DNA of 64,000 nucleotides from Monocercomonoides exilis PA203 (lineage: Eukaryota; Protista; Preaxostyla), in NCBI GenBank assembly GCA_001643675.2, contig LSRY02000006.1, positions 1,550,001 through 1,614,000 of the forward strand. The letters are read 5' to 3'. The position numbers and the translations under genes were made by a program. Positions 23,501 to 35,731 of this stretch are shown here, piece after piece; position 1 is the stretch's first letter, and the number at the start of each line of letters is the position of its first letter. The notes beneath the pieces were generated by a model, which saw only the letters and a list, made by a program, of their open reading frames with translations, did no database searches and was not told the DNA's origin.

Positions 23501-26500
23501 CATTTTCGTTGAGTGCTGGAACATCTCGAGACAGATCAACGAGACGCTGTTCAAGCTGGACTTGAGGGAGAGCGAATTTGCGCGATACAACGCGATATTT
23601 GGGGTTGACTCAGAAAGTTCAGAAGCAGTGGATCTGATGGATTTCATTATGATTTACCAATCAGAAACGATTGTTGTTTCATCGATTGAAGGGAAAGGAG
23701 GGAAGGATATCAAGAAATGCGGGACAGCAAAAGATCCGTGCTATTCGATTGAATATGGAGTGACACATCTTGTAACGAGCGATGATCTGCGCATTCGGGT
23801 GGATGGAGCTGGGGAGATAGGAAGTGAGCTAGATCTGAAAGATGTGTGTGTTGTTTCGAAATCAAAGGAGCCAGCGAAAGTGTGGTTTTCTGGTTTGTCT
23901 GGGAGCAGTCGAAGTTGTGTGATAGAAGCACAGCAATTTGTCGAGCTGGGGTTACTGAACTTTGAATTTGCTTCTTCTTTCTCATCATCTCATCAGCATC
24001 TGATGAAGCTGTGCTCAGGAAGTGTGTCTATTCAGACATGCTCGTTCATCCCCAAAGAAGGGATTGAATGCTCGACAGTGCCTTCTCTGCTTCTGTGCGA
24101 AACAGGATTGCTGGAAATCGATCGATTGCTTGTGAGCAACCTGAAGCTGGATTCAATTATTGAATGCTCTGGAGGATCTGTTGTTGGAGAGCGGATCGAA
24201 GCATGCAACATCACTCTTATCAGTGGCATTACTATCTGTGAAGCTAATTCTGCAAACTTTCAAGAGAATGGACAAGGGAATGATGATGGGGATGTCAGAA
24301 ATATTTCAGTTTCTCTTTCGCAATTCTGCAACATCACGCAGACTTCTGAAAAGCCATCTGTATTTTCTGTGAAATGCAAAGGAATTGCTGTGCGAATGTT
24401 GAATTGCTCTTATTCGAGCTGCAGCTCGTTGAAAAGAGCTGGCAGCATAATTTCTGTTTCGTCAAGCAAGGATTGCTGCCTGGAATCGTGTGTTCTAAGT
24501 GGCTTCACAGCCGATGAAGAGTTGGATTTATCAAATACGAAACACGAGGAAATATGCAAATGGAATGAATCTGTAGTTGATTTTAATAACACGTCAGCAC
24601 ATGTCAGATACACGACGATTGGGAATGCTTCAAGTGGAGGGAGCACCACAATCAAGAAAGGAGAGTTTACTGGCAACGGTGCGTCTATTGCGGAATATCG
24701 GTCAGCACGAAGGAACATTGCATGCAGTGGGAATGGCACACTGAATGTTGTCAGTCTGAAAGGAGGAGATGGAGTGAAAGACAACACCTCACTGTGGATT
24801 CTGGATGGAGGATGCGCTTTGTCTGGAATAGCTGGAGAGCGGGAATCTCCATTCTTCTTGCCAACACTCAATTCAGTGGTAGTTGAAGAAGAAGCAGGAG
24901 GGGGAAAAGAGAAAACAATGTTGACATTCAAAGGAACCCTTCTTTTGCCTTGCAACCTTTTGTTCAGGATTGTTGTTGCAAGGAATGATCCAGAATTAGT
25001 TGAGACGTATCAATTTCTAGAAGATGGATACGTCAACGAAAGCACGGCTACCGGATTGACATTTTCGTCTTCTATTTTGAAGGCTCCGGAGGAATCTTCA
25101 GTGGAGTGCTTTGTTCTGTTTGGAAATCCGAAGAAGCTTTCTGCAACAAATCGCATTGTTCTGAAGAATAGAAGTGTGCTTGAATTAAAAGGAGATGGAA
25201 ATCTTGTTGAAGATGGAAAAGAAGGACAATCATCATGGGCTTTGATTGCGATTATAATGGCTATTGTTCTGTTGATTGTTCTAATTATTGCTATTGCTTT
25301 TATTGTTCGATGGAGGAAGCAAAAGAGAAGGACAGAAGAGCTGGAGGTGATTGTGAATGATAACATCAGAAAAGATCCGAAGGCTTTTGAGATGGTGACG
25401 ATGGAGATGTCGCCTGAGGCGCAGTGGAGGAGAGCAGAGGAGGAGGCAGAGAAGAAGAATGAAGAGAGGATCAAGAAGAGGGTGTATGAGAAAAGCTTGG
25501 GACACTCGGAGTCATCAGAGCATCTTCTGTCTGAGAGTGGCTCCACTGAATACATTCTTGGCCAAGACTCAGACAAGATTCCCAAATGGATGCTGGAGAA
25601 GGTTGATGAGAAGGAGGAAGAGGAAGAGGTGAGAAAGAGATCTCCTTCACCTTCTATCTCATCCACTTCTACAACAGATACTTCAGATACAGAATCCACT
25701 TTTGTTCGAGGAGAGGATCTGTGCCCCACAACCTCTTCAATGTCGAACTTGGTGGATGCAATGGCATGCTCGTCTCCTCATGAGAAGCTGATTGTGGACC
25801 TGCGAGATTCGCTGTTTATGCTGCTTCATGGGCGGAATGAGAAGAAGGAGATGGTTATTGGAACCCTCCAACAGAGGGAGCAGACAGCTGCTCAGATCCT
25901 GTTCTGGGTGGCAAATGGATCGCTCCATTCTTTCGACGAAATGGAAGTTCCGCTTCAGTCACTGGACAATGTGAGTCCGCACATTGTTCTGTTCTCGGAG
26001 CATATGGTGATCACCATAGCCATGCACTCTGACTGCTCAACAGACTCAGACTCATCATCCATTTCATCTTCTTCCACCATCATCACCTCTTCCTCGGACA
26101 TTTCTGTGAAGAGTGAGAGGTTCACCAAATCACCACCTCCATCTTCCGCTTTTGAAGATGAAGACGATTTCAAGAAAGAGTGTCTGAGGTGGATGGCTCC
26201 GGAGCTGTTGAATGGAGCAAAGAAGCATGCAACGAAGAAGACAGTGGCTTTCTCGATCGGGATGATGCTGTGGGAGTGCTTGACATTGATAATCCCCTTT
26301 GGAGAGTATGAAGCTGCGATAGCTGGAGAGAAGATTGTGAATGGGGAGAGGCCGCGGATGGGTGTGGGATGCAGTGCGGAGATGGAAGAAGTGATGGAAA
26401 AGTGTTTATCTCAACAGAAAAATGATAGACCGACTCTGATTTTGTTGAAACGGGAATTCATCCAACGATTTCCGAAGGGAGCAACAATTGTAACTGTTAC

Positions 26501-26555
26501 TGATGCAATTTACGAGGAGCATGCAAGCGAGGAGGAAAAAGACGGAGGCAGATAG
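17592..26555 (+). pseudogene. Giant receptor-like gene: N-terminal hydrophobic leader, Cys-rich GG(A/G)I/L beta-helix-type ectodomain with five CG..PC modules, single TM, degenerate tyrosine-kinase-like C-lobe; four in-frame stops in the 5' part, 3' ORF 19812-26555 intact
   Basis: ATG 17592; probable in-frame intron 17718-17792/17795. ORFs starting 17802, 18324, 18723, 19209 and 19812 share one frame, separated by single stops (TAG 18303, TAA 18654, TAA 19170, TGA 19809). TM WALIAIIMAIVLLIVLIIAIAFIV at ~25236-25310. CLRWMAPELL, FSIGMMLWECLT, DRPTL. Confidence 0.75.
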
Positions 26556-27423
26556 AGCTGTGAATTGGTTTCTTGGTAGGAGGGCAATCAAGATTTGCAA
26601 AGGATTTAGCGATGGAATGGCGCTGCTGGACATGTGCGTTGGGGGTGCAGGAGGTTTAAACAAACGAATGAACGTTGCTGTTATATTTGAGTTTTTGCTT
26701 TGAATTTTCTTTTCTGTTACGCAGTTAATCAATCACCTTTTTTTCGAAGCTTTTATTGAAGAATTGCTTCTCATTCATTATCCATCATCATTATCCATCA
26801 TCATTTCATTCTGCAATTTTCCCGTTCCATTGTGGAAGGTGTGTATGTATTGATTTCATGAATGCTTATCCTGTCATTCTCATTGAAATGGAAATATTTG
26901 CTTTGAGATTTTTCTTTCTTGTTTTTTAATCACAAAAAGAAACTGCATTGTATATGATTTAAAGCTTAGTATTAATTATTGCTTTCTCTGCAAAAACCAG
27001 AATTTTTTAATTTTCACAAATTAACAATTTAAAAAAACACAATTTTAAGCTGATTTTGATGGATTCTCTGTATTTTGCTGTATTTCTTTAACTTAATCAT
27101 TGCTTTGGATTGATCTGCTTTAAGTGAAAATTACAATTTGACTTTAAGTAATTGCTTTGTATTTTTGGTTAAAAAAAAAATAATTCATTATTTTCCAACT
27201 TCATTAATTATTCCTCTCCCAGTTTTCTTAACTTCTTAATCAAAACAATTTTAAGAAAACGTTAAACATTGAAATTTTTTCTGTTTAAAAAAATAATTAG
27301 AAAAATAAAAATATTCTTTTTTAGTAATAAGATTATTTATTGTTTTTAAGAATGTGTTAAAAAACACTTTCTTTAAAAAGAAAAATCATTAAAAACATCT
27401 AAAATGCGAGAACCGTCAGACAC

Positions 27424-27795
27424 TTATGCGTTTGACATGTATTTTGTCACAGATTTCGTTCCCTCAGAAACTGCATGCTTAGCAAGTTCACCAGGAAGAA
27501 GAAGACGAACAGCTGTTTGGATCTCCCGAGATGTGAGAGTGTGACGGTTGTTGTAACGAGCAAGACGAGATGCTTCTGTTGCAATTCTTTCGAAGATATC
27601 GTTGATGAATGAGTTCATGATTGCCATGGCACGATTTGAAATTCCAGTTTCTGGATGAACAGACTTCAACACACGGTAAATATAGCTGGAATAGGTCTCA
27701 TGACGCTTCTTCTTTCTCTCTTTCTTATCTCCAGCAACTTTTGTGGCTTTGTCAACTTTTGGAACTGGTTTTGTTTCAGTGTTAACTTGAGACAT
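27424..27795 (-). CDS. H2B: Histone H2B (intronless)
   Basis: [46 protein letters not shown]...[26 protein letters not shown]. Confidence 0.98.
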   Translation of the reverse strand: MSQVNTETKPVPKVDKATKVAGDKKERKKKRHETYSSYIYRVLKSVHPETGISNRAMAIMNSFINDIFERIATEASRLARYNNRHTLTSREIQTAVRLLLPGELAKHAVSEGTKSVTKYMSNA

Positions 27796-28127
27796 TAATA
27801 ATTAATAATTATTAAGAAATTTAATTTGAAAAGTCAAAAACATCATAACATATTTATAATAAGTAAATATAATAATTCTCCAATTAGTGCACAAAAATAT
27901 TTTATATATAAAGGGTCAACTTTTTTTATAAGCTTTCATGTTTTCTGAACTTTTCAAAAAGCAATACAAATGAGCACTTTTTTATTCCGCGTTAAAACAA
28001 AATATCTTGATTTTTGAAAATATTTTATTTATTATGGAAATGCTAATTTTTTCGCGCGAATGATTCAAAAATTATTATTTATGTCTGGAAATTTGTGTGA
28101 ATTTTCGCACATTTTAGGAACATTCAA

Positions 28128-29256
28128 ATGGCCGTGATTGTTCTTGGAAATAATCTTTTAGCAAGCAATCTATCTGTGTCAGCAATCATAATATCACTTT
28201 TTTCAGCTGTTGGCTATGCAATGAGCTTTTTTGTGAAACTGGAGAAGCTGATGCTCATGCATCCAATTTCAATGCTTGTTGCTTCTACAGCAGTATTTTT
28301 CCTTTCCATGCAGTTTAATGCAAGACAGGTTTTCAACAATTTTAATGAAAATCTGATTTTCCAACTCTTTTTGTATCAAGATATCTTTATATTTGTACAC
28401 CTTTATTTCAGCATTACGTTTGATGGCACATTTGACAGCTAGATTGGTTTACGATAAAACCGATAGAAGACTTGATAATGTTCGCGGATGCAAATGGCGC
28501 CGTCTTGCTTTCTTCACAGGAATGTCAATGCTTGCATTTGCCTTTACTGCCCCAAGTTCTGTTGTTTGTTCGATTCGCCCTGCAGTTCAGCCTCGTTTTA
28601 ATGCAACTGATGTATTTGGAGCAATTGTCTGGTGGATGGGACTCATTGTCGAAACAACATCTGATTTATTGCTACTCAGATTTAGACATAGCGCAAATAA
28701 TAGAGGACAGATTTACAATCACTGGCTTTGGAGATTTATGCGCCATCCAAATTACATTGGAAATCTTCATCAAGTTTGGGGAAATTTCATTCTTAGTGCT
28801 TCTGCTCTTAAAGGCTCAGAATGGAGTCTCATCGTTGCACCAATTTTCTTCACTGCGATGATGCTATTTGGTTCAGGCATTCCTGCTGCTGAATGGGCTA
28901 CAAGAAAAAGATTTGGAAACAATGTTGATTTCAGAAATTATGTTGCAAATGCAGGAATGTATCTTCCATTTATTGCAATGGCAAAGGCGCTGTGGCGTAA
29001 AATGAGAGGAACTTCTTCTTATAGGGCTGTTGGATATACTCAGGATTCAACCGTTCAACAGAACAATAACGGTGCATTTGCACCAAGAAAACCTCATGAG
29101 CTGAACACTTATCCAAGACAAGGAACTCAAATGTCGCCATCTTCAACAGGTCACATGTCCGCTTATGGAATTGCAACAGATTCAAAGATGTCCCAGATGA
29201 TGGAAGGAGATAGACATCTCCCTCAGTTAGGATCTGGCATCTCTAACAGGCAATAA
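28128..29256 (+). CDS. DUF1295 / steroid 5-alpha-reductase-like membrane protein; exons 28128-28328 and 28381-29256
   Basis: Multi-TM; GLIVETTSD...RF...LWRFMRHPNYIG motif typical of DUF1295. 52-nt GT-AG intron 28329-28380 joins the two ORFs in frame. Confidence 0.85.
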
Positions 29257-29866
29257 AACAGCAATTGAATTTATTTTGCGTTTAAACTTTTGTACAATTA
29301 TTTTCTAATTGACATTGTTATGCTTTTTAATAATTTATCATGTTCCCTGCAATATGTATTGTTTTATAATTTTATTTGTATTTTATGTTGCACATATTTG
29401 TACCATATTTATCTCATTTTGCTCATTTTTTGACCAAAAGAAAACATCTGCAAACATTTATAGAGTAACTATTTATTATAAATCAAAGAAAATTCACATC
29501 TTTTTTCTTTCCTTTGTGAAAAGCAAATCCAAACCTCTCTTCAAAGATCAAGTAAATAAAGAGATTTTCAATCGAAGAATCCCAACAAAAATAAAATTTT
29601 AAACACAGTTATCGCCTGATAGACATTAAAAAATGTGACAAAAAAAAGAAGGTGAACAAAAAAAAAAAAAAAAAAAAAATATAAATGCAACATATGTAAA
29701 AAGGCGAATTGAAAACAAAACCATGCAATTAAATACTGAAAGAATTATTTTGCTGAATAACAGCATTAGACATTTCAAGAAAAACAAAACATTTGCTCTG
29801 AAATACAAAGAAATTTTAAATTTAAATGAAGAAATTTGACAATCAATGGGAAAAAAAAAGTGAACA

Positions 29867-32800
29867 TCAAAGTATAACACAACAAGAATGTGGAACAGAT
29901 TTTTCTACTCGACTATTGTCGCAAGCGGGCATTTTAGCCCTTTGACTCAGAGGATTAGATTCATTCTCTGAAATGTTCAGGACAGCGTCTGTTGCCAGCT
30001 GAAGCTGAAGAGGCTGAATAGCCAAAGATGATACCGAAGACGAAGAGAGGAATATCGCAGGCTGTTGCTGCTGTTGTTGCTGCAATTCTGAAGCAGTCTC
30101 TGGCTGATGATCAATAGAAAACTCTGATGAGCTTCGCATTGCGGGAGATGCTGAGTCAGCCAGTGGAGGGCAGGAAGAGGTTGTGTCTTTAAGAATAGAC
30201 AGCTCAGAAAGTGTGGATGATAAACACAATGTGTTTGATTCGGACGTCATGCGATTCCCTGCTTCACTTGGGAAAGTCAGAGTGCTAAATGCAGATGCTG
30301 TAAATGGCAAAATCGATGTCTTTATTGAAGATGAGGATGTTGATGACGATGACGATGAGGAAGAAGATGGAGGCTGCGGAAGTGATTGCAATAGAGTCAT
30401 GTTTCCAGATGATTCCAACTGTTGTGTAACAACAGCAGCTTGATAATGCGATTCTCCGTATGAAGAGGTTATCGATGGTGTAGTTGTAGCTGTCTGTATT
30501 TTGCTTTGTGTGCCAGTTAATAAAAGTTGAGTATTCTCATCTTCTTTGATAGAGAGAGCAGCTGTTGAAGGAACAGCATGGGAAGCTGGCAATGAAATAG
30601 AAGTTGAGGCAAAAGGAGGATAATCACTAGATGCATGAGATATGAGTGTGAAATTAGTAGGCGAAGGCGAAGGCAAGCCTTCAAATAACTGAGCATCATG
30701 AAATGTTGAGTGATTATTATAAGCAGAACTGTTTGGTTGAATTGACTCAGAAGGTAAAGTTTGTGTCTTCTGACTTTGATATCTTGGAGAAGATGTTTCT
30801 TTTGGAGAGTCTGATAAACAAATTGATGCACTGGAGTTGTTTTGTGAAGACAATTCCGATGCAGCAGAGGCGGAAGGAAAACAAGCTTGTAATGAGGAAG
30901 AGGAAGTGCAAGAAGAGGAATTAGAAGATGATGAAGAAGAGCAAAGAGAAGCTGTTGAAGAAGTGGATGAAGATGGAAAATTGCTTGAAGAAGCAGAAGA
31001 GCAATCTTTCAAAATAGCTTCAGATTTCTTATTGGAAGAGAAAGGAAGGCAGCTGTTCATTCGAACTGGAGAGAACAGAACACTACTTGAATCATCCTTC
31101 AACCGATCAACAGCAGAACTGCTTTCAAATACACGTATGTTTCTCAGTTCCTTCATTTCTGTTTCTTTCTGTTCTTTTCCATTCTTTTCACAGAAAGCTA
31201 ATGAAGTTGCATTGTCGCTGGAATCAGACGACGTGGGGCTCATAAGAGCATCAAAAGCAGTATCTGAATGAGATTTGTCTTTCAATCCATTTCCTGTGTC
31301 ATTGTTAATTGATACCAGAACAATAGGATGAGCAACATTGCTTCCAGAAGCAGCTGAGTTGCCTGCTAAATGAGAAGAAGGCAGAAGCCCAGTGCTGTTT
31401 TGATTGGATGAGCAAGTTGACTGGGATATCTCCAGTGCTTCCGGGTGTACAGAAAACGGTGAGCTGACTGGAGAGAACAGCAGGTTTGAATTTTGGGAGT
31501 CGATAGAATGTGAATGGAGGGTGTGACCCAAATGGATAGCAGACGGAGGAAGCATGCTTGTGAATGCCAGGTAATTCATTGAGCCAAGCTCTGAGGTCGA
31601 AGCAGATGAGCAAGCATAAGAGGAAGTGGGAGACATGTCTGTGATGTCTTCTGAACTCACTTTCTTCACAAAGATCGATGCATATGGAGATGGAGGCGTT
31701 GCCACCTCCTGCTTTGAATCAGATTTTGACTGTGAATGAGTATCTTGGACTAAATCTTGTGCTGATTCCTTCAAAATGATATTGGAATTTGCACCAGATT
31801 TTGACATCGCTTTTATTTTATCTTTATAAGAGCTTCTTTTCACTCTTGTTACATATTTATCTTCATACTCATCAATTTGGATGTCATTCTGCATGTTGTC
31901 TGATTGCATATTATTGTCAATTTGAGATATGTCAATTGCTTCGGAAAATGACATGCTGTTTCTTGCATTTTCGATGGGCTGAGTCTGTTCTTTTGATGTA
32001 TTTATTTCATTGTTTTCTGAATAGGTTTGCTCATCTGTTATGAAATTATTATCTTTGCATTCTTTTTCCTTGTTTCTTTCGTTTTTGCATTTCACAGCTT
32101 TTACCTTTACCCCATTTTTTTGACGGTGACCATCAGTTCTTTTCTCTCTTTCGTTGTTGTTTTTATTATCAATTTCTGTGTCAATTTCAGTTGCTGCCTC
32201 TTTTGCAATGGGCTGCAGGTTCAAAGCACCATGAGCAATTGGTTCTGTTTTTGTATCTTGTGTCTGATGCAAGTGTTTTGGGCTGTTTTTATTCAGCTGC
32301 TCTACAGCTGACTGTGATGAAGATGAATATATTTTTGTCATCTTCTCAATCTTGTCGCTGTCATCTGATTCAGATGAGCTTGGCGACACTTGGTTGTTGA
32401 ATGTGCAGCTGTTAAGTGTCTCCCGTATTTTCCGTCTGTCTTTTCTATGCCGTTTGCGCGAAGAATGGTTGTTCTGATTGTTGAGTGAGTTGCTGGAGAA
32501 ATCCATGAAAATCTCATTCTCCGCTTTTGGGAGCATGCACGAAAACTGCGACGGGCTCTGGAAATCGATCTGAGATGATTGGCTGGCTGGAACAGTCGAC
32601 TGCACATCGTTCTCAGACAGAACGCGGCTGTCTTCATCGTAGTTTGCGCTGACTGAATCTTCAGAGCACACATTCAGTTTGGCTCTGCTCTTGCTTTTCT
32701 GTGGTGCTTCAAAGCCGCTGCACATTGCGTTTATGCTGCTTGGATATGCCTTTTTGGGCAGAAGAGACGGGCCACGCTCAGCCCTGCTGTGCAGAGCAGA

Positions 32801-35673
32801 CAGAGACAGCGACGGTACAACAGAAGGTGCCAGAGAAAGTGTCCACTGTGAGTCTGTTCCGAGTGGCAAACGAGGCAGCGGAAGTGAAGGACAAGATACA
32901 AGCTTTTCAAAGTGTGCGCTGCTTTTGCTTTTGCTATTGCTACTATTACCTTTATGATAATGACTGTGATTATGATTATTTGCACCATTAGCATGAGCAT
33001 TGCTGCTTTGATGCAAAGAAGCATCCGATGAAAGTGCAGTCAAGCTTGACTGTACAGAATAATTTGGAGGGGGAGGAAGCTGTTTTTCTGGAAGCGGACG
33101 AAGAAGTGGAAGCAAAGAGACACTGATAAATGAAGGCGGTGGTGGAGGTGGTGGAGGAAGCTTGACGTGATTCTGAATGGTTAAATGTGCAGATTTGATC
33201 TTAGAAAACACAGGAGGAAACAAGGAGTGCATGTTTGGTGAGCCGCCTTCATGACGTATGCCTGACTTGGAAGGGAGAGGCAGATGATTCATGTGAACGC
33301 TTGAAATGTCACGTGGTGAAACAGGGCGAAACGGAGGAAGTGGCGGAAGCGGGGGAAGATGCATTCGTGAACGAGCTGCGGAAGGAGAGGTGACTGAATG
33401 ATGGCTGTCAGAAAAAGGCACGCTGCTCGGCTGTGAGATTGATAGAGCATTCGTGTGAGGGCGTGAAGTGGAAGACGAAGAGGCTGTCAAGTTGGATGAT
33501 GGTGCAATTTTGATGGATGACAATGAGGTGTCTTCGAAAGTGGATGTGCTTGTATGTGATGATGCGGAAAAGAATGTGGGTGAGGGCAAGAGGAAGAGGC
33601 TGAACAGGAAGCAGACGATGAAGAGGAAGATGAAGAAGACGAAGACGCAGATGATGAAGATGAAGCCGATGAAGATATGACAGGAATGGCAGAACTGGAT
33701 GAGGATGAAAGAAAGACACTGGGTTGATTAAATGACCTGCAGGTAATATGTGCACTACCATTGTTCGTATCCAGTGTGCAAGCATTGCTTCGAGTGGAGG
33801 CAAACGAAGCTGTTGACTCAAAATCAGAAAGGGACTCTTGCTGGGATAATAACGAACTGCGGGAAGACGCACGGGAACGGGCCGTTTTTGCGAGGCGGTG
33901 CATTTTGAGTTTGAGGTTCACCTGAAATGTAACAATTCGTTTAAGTTATTGGTTTAATGGCAGGAAAGTACATATGTTTGACAAAAATCAAAAAAACACC
34001 CAAAAATTTAACACATTTTATATACGCAATATGAAATAATAAATGTCAAACCAAAAGTGTGAATGGAGTCAGTGCACTTTCAAGATCGTCTTTACAAAGT
34101 GTAATTGTGCCTGTTTGCGGTGGAAACGGATCGTTGCCATTTTTAGTCAGCCAAGGATCAACCTGATCAAAAAGTAATTTAGGAGATTTGCATTTAAAAT
34201 GTACATGTTTATTCACAGATTGCGTTTTTTCAGTCATCACGATAATTACAAATACTAATGTTACCTAATTCAATAAATTAAAATGAAACACCTTAATCTC
34301 GGCCATTGTGATACGAGTTGCTGGATTTTTGTCGAGAATCCTAAACAGAAAGTGTTCAAGATCTGGAGGCAACGGATGAGGCAGTGTAAGTCTAATGCAA
34401 TGATAAGATTACATTATAAAATATTTTTTATTCAACAAAATGACCATTATCGAAAGCTCTCACAAAAAAATGGAGCAAACGGTTGTTGAACAATAAGACG
34501 GAAAGTTGAGTGGACAGAGTGCCCTTTAAATGGTATGTCGCTAAATAGAAACATATACAAAATGATTCCCAACGCCCAAATATCAATCGGCTTTCCGGCA
34601 TATGGAGGATGATGCGATCGGTCTTAATGAAACGTCAAGCAATGATGGTGTTAGAACAAAAACAGCATTAATGATTTGCGATGTGAAAAAAAGCAATGAT
34701 TGTTCAAATGATTATTAACGGGAAGAGCTACATCAAATAACACACATGTAATCATCTCCGGAGCTAAAAACGGAGGTGTTCCTCGAACAACAGTTGAACG
34801 ATCATCGCCAGCTTGGTGAAGCATTGATACACCGAAATCACTTCAAAAATGTCATTAAATGAATTTTAAAGATGAAAGAGCAAATTCGACATACCATATT
34901 TTCAATGTCCCATCTTCCGCAAGCAAAATGTTATCAGGTTTGAGATCATGATGGATAACTCCATTGTTATGACCTATTAAAATAAAGGCATTAATAACGC
35001 TGATTCACTTATGATATGAGCACACAATATTCCAATCCTAAAACAATCTGACGGACATATTGCCTTGCTTTTTCTTCAGATAAAGGTGCTGTCTTTCTTC
35101 TGTAGCACGGCCCACCCGGAAGATATTCCATAACTTAGCAATCAATGACATATGGATCATAAATGGTAATACCATAAATAGTAATTACGCATACTTAAAT
35201 AAATACTTCCCGTTTCAACATCATCAATCACTTCAATCAACTTTATAACATTATTATGATCGAGTTTTTTCATAATAGCTATTTCTCGTTTAATGTCTGC
35301 GAATTGTAATAAATGAAAATATTATTTTCATTTGCGTGGAAAAGAAATAACGAAGAAAAAATGACAAAAATCATTAACTTGAAAGTTTATAAATTTTACC
35401 TTCCAGGATTGTTTTTGATTCATCTCCTGGTTTTTCTCGGAGAAGCTTCGAACGATCCATAACTTTTATAGCAACAGGACGCATGCTATTATGTGTATCA
35501 CGACATAAACACACAGATCCATATGATCCCTCTCCGATTTGTTTTTCCACTTCATATTGGTTTATATAGCTCTTTCCTGTGAGTGAGTTCAAGCGAAAAG
35601 TTGCTCGTTTCGTTTCAACGACCGTCCGCTTCGTGCCATTGCTTTGTAAATTCGACGGTCGTTGGTTTATCAT
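29867..35673 (-). CDS. CaMKK/SAK1/GRIK-like Ser/Thr kinase (8 introns in and just after the kinase domain) with ~1,240 aa Ser-rich tail ending in CCVIL; tail is out of frame near 33590
   Basis: INQYEVEKQIGEGSYGSV, VAIK, REIAIMKKLDHNNVIKLIEVIDD, IHHDLKPDNILL, CDFGVS, GTPPFLAPE, YAGKPIDIWALG, ILDKNPATRIT, DPWLT. The last spliced exon (ORF 33487-33921) and tail ORF (29867-33589) overlap in different frames. Confidence 0.8.
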
Positions 35674-35731
35674 TAAAAATAATAATGGATAAGATCATTC
35701 AAGAAATATTTTATTTTCGGAAAAAATCTTC

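Noticed and set aside
26775-26805. Short tandem duplication CATTATCCATCAT x2 downstream of the receptor gene
   Set aside because: Ordinary slippage duplication with no further structure.
34935-34960. HHD instead of HRD in the CaMKK-like kinase as a sign of inactivity
   Set aside because: Catalytic Asp, VAIK Lys and DFG are intact, and non-RD loops occur in active kinases.
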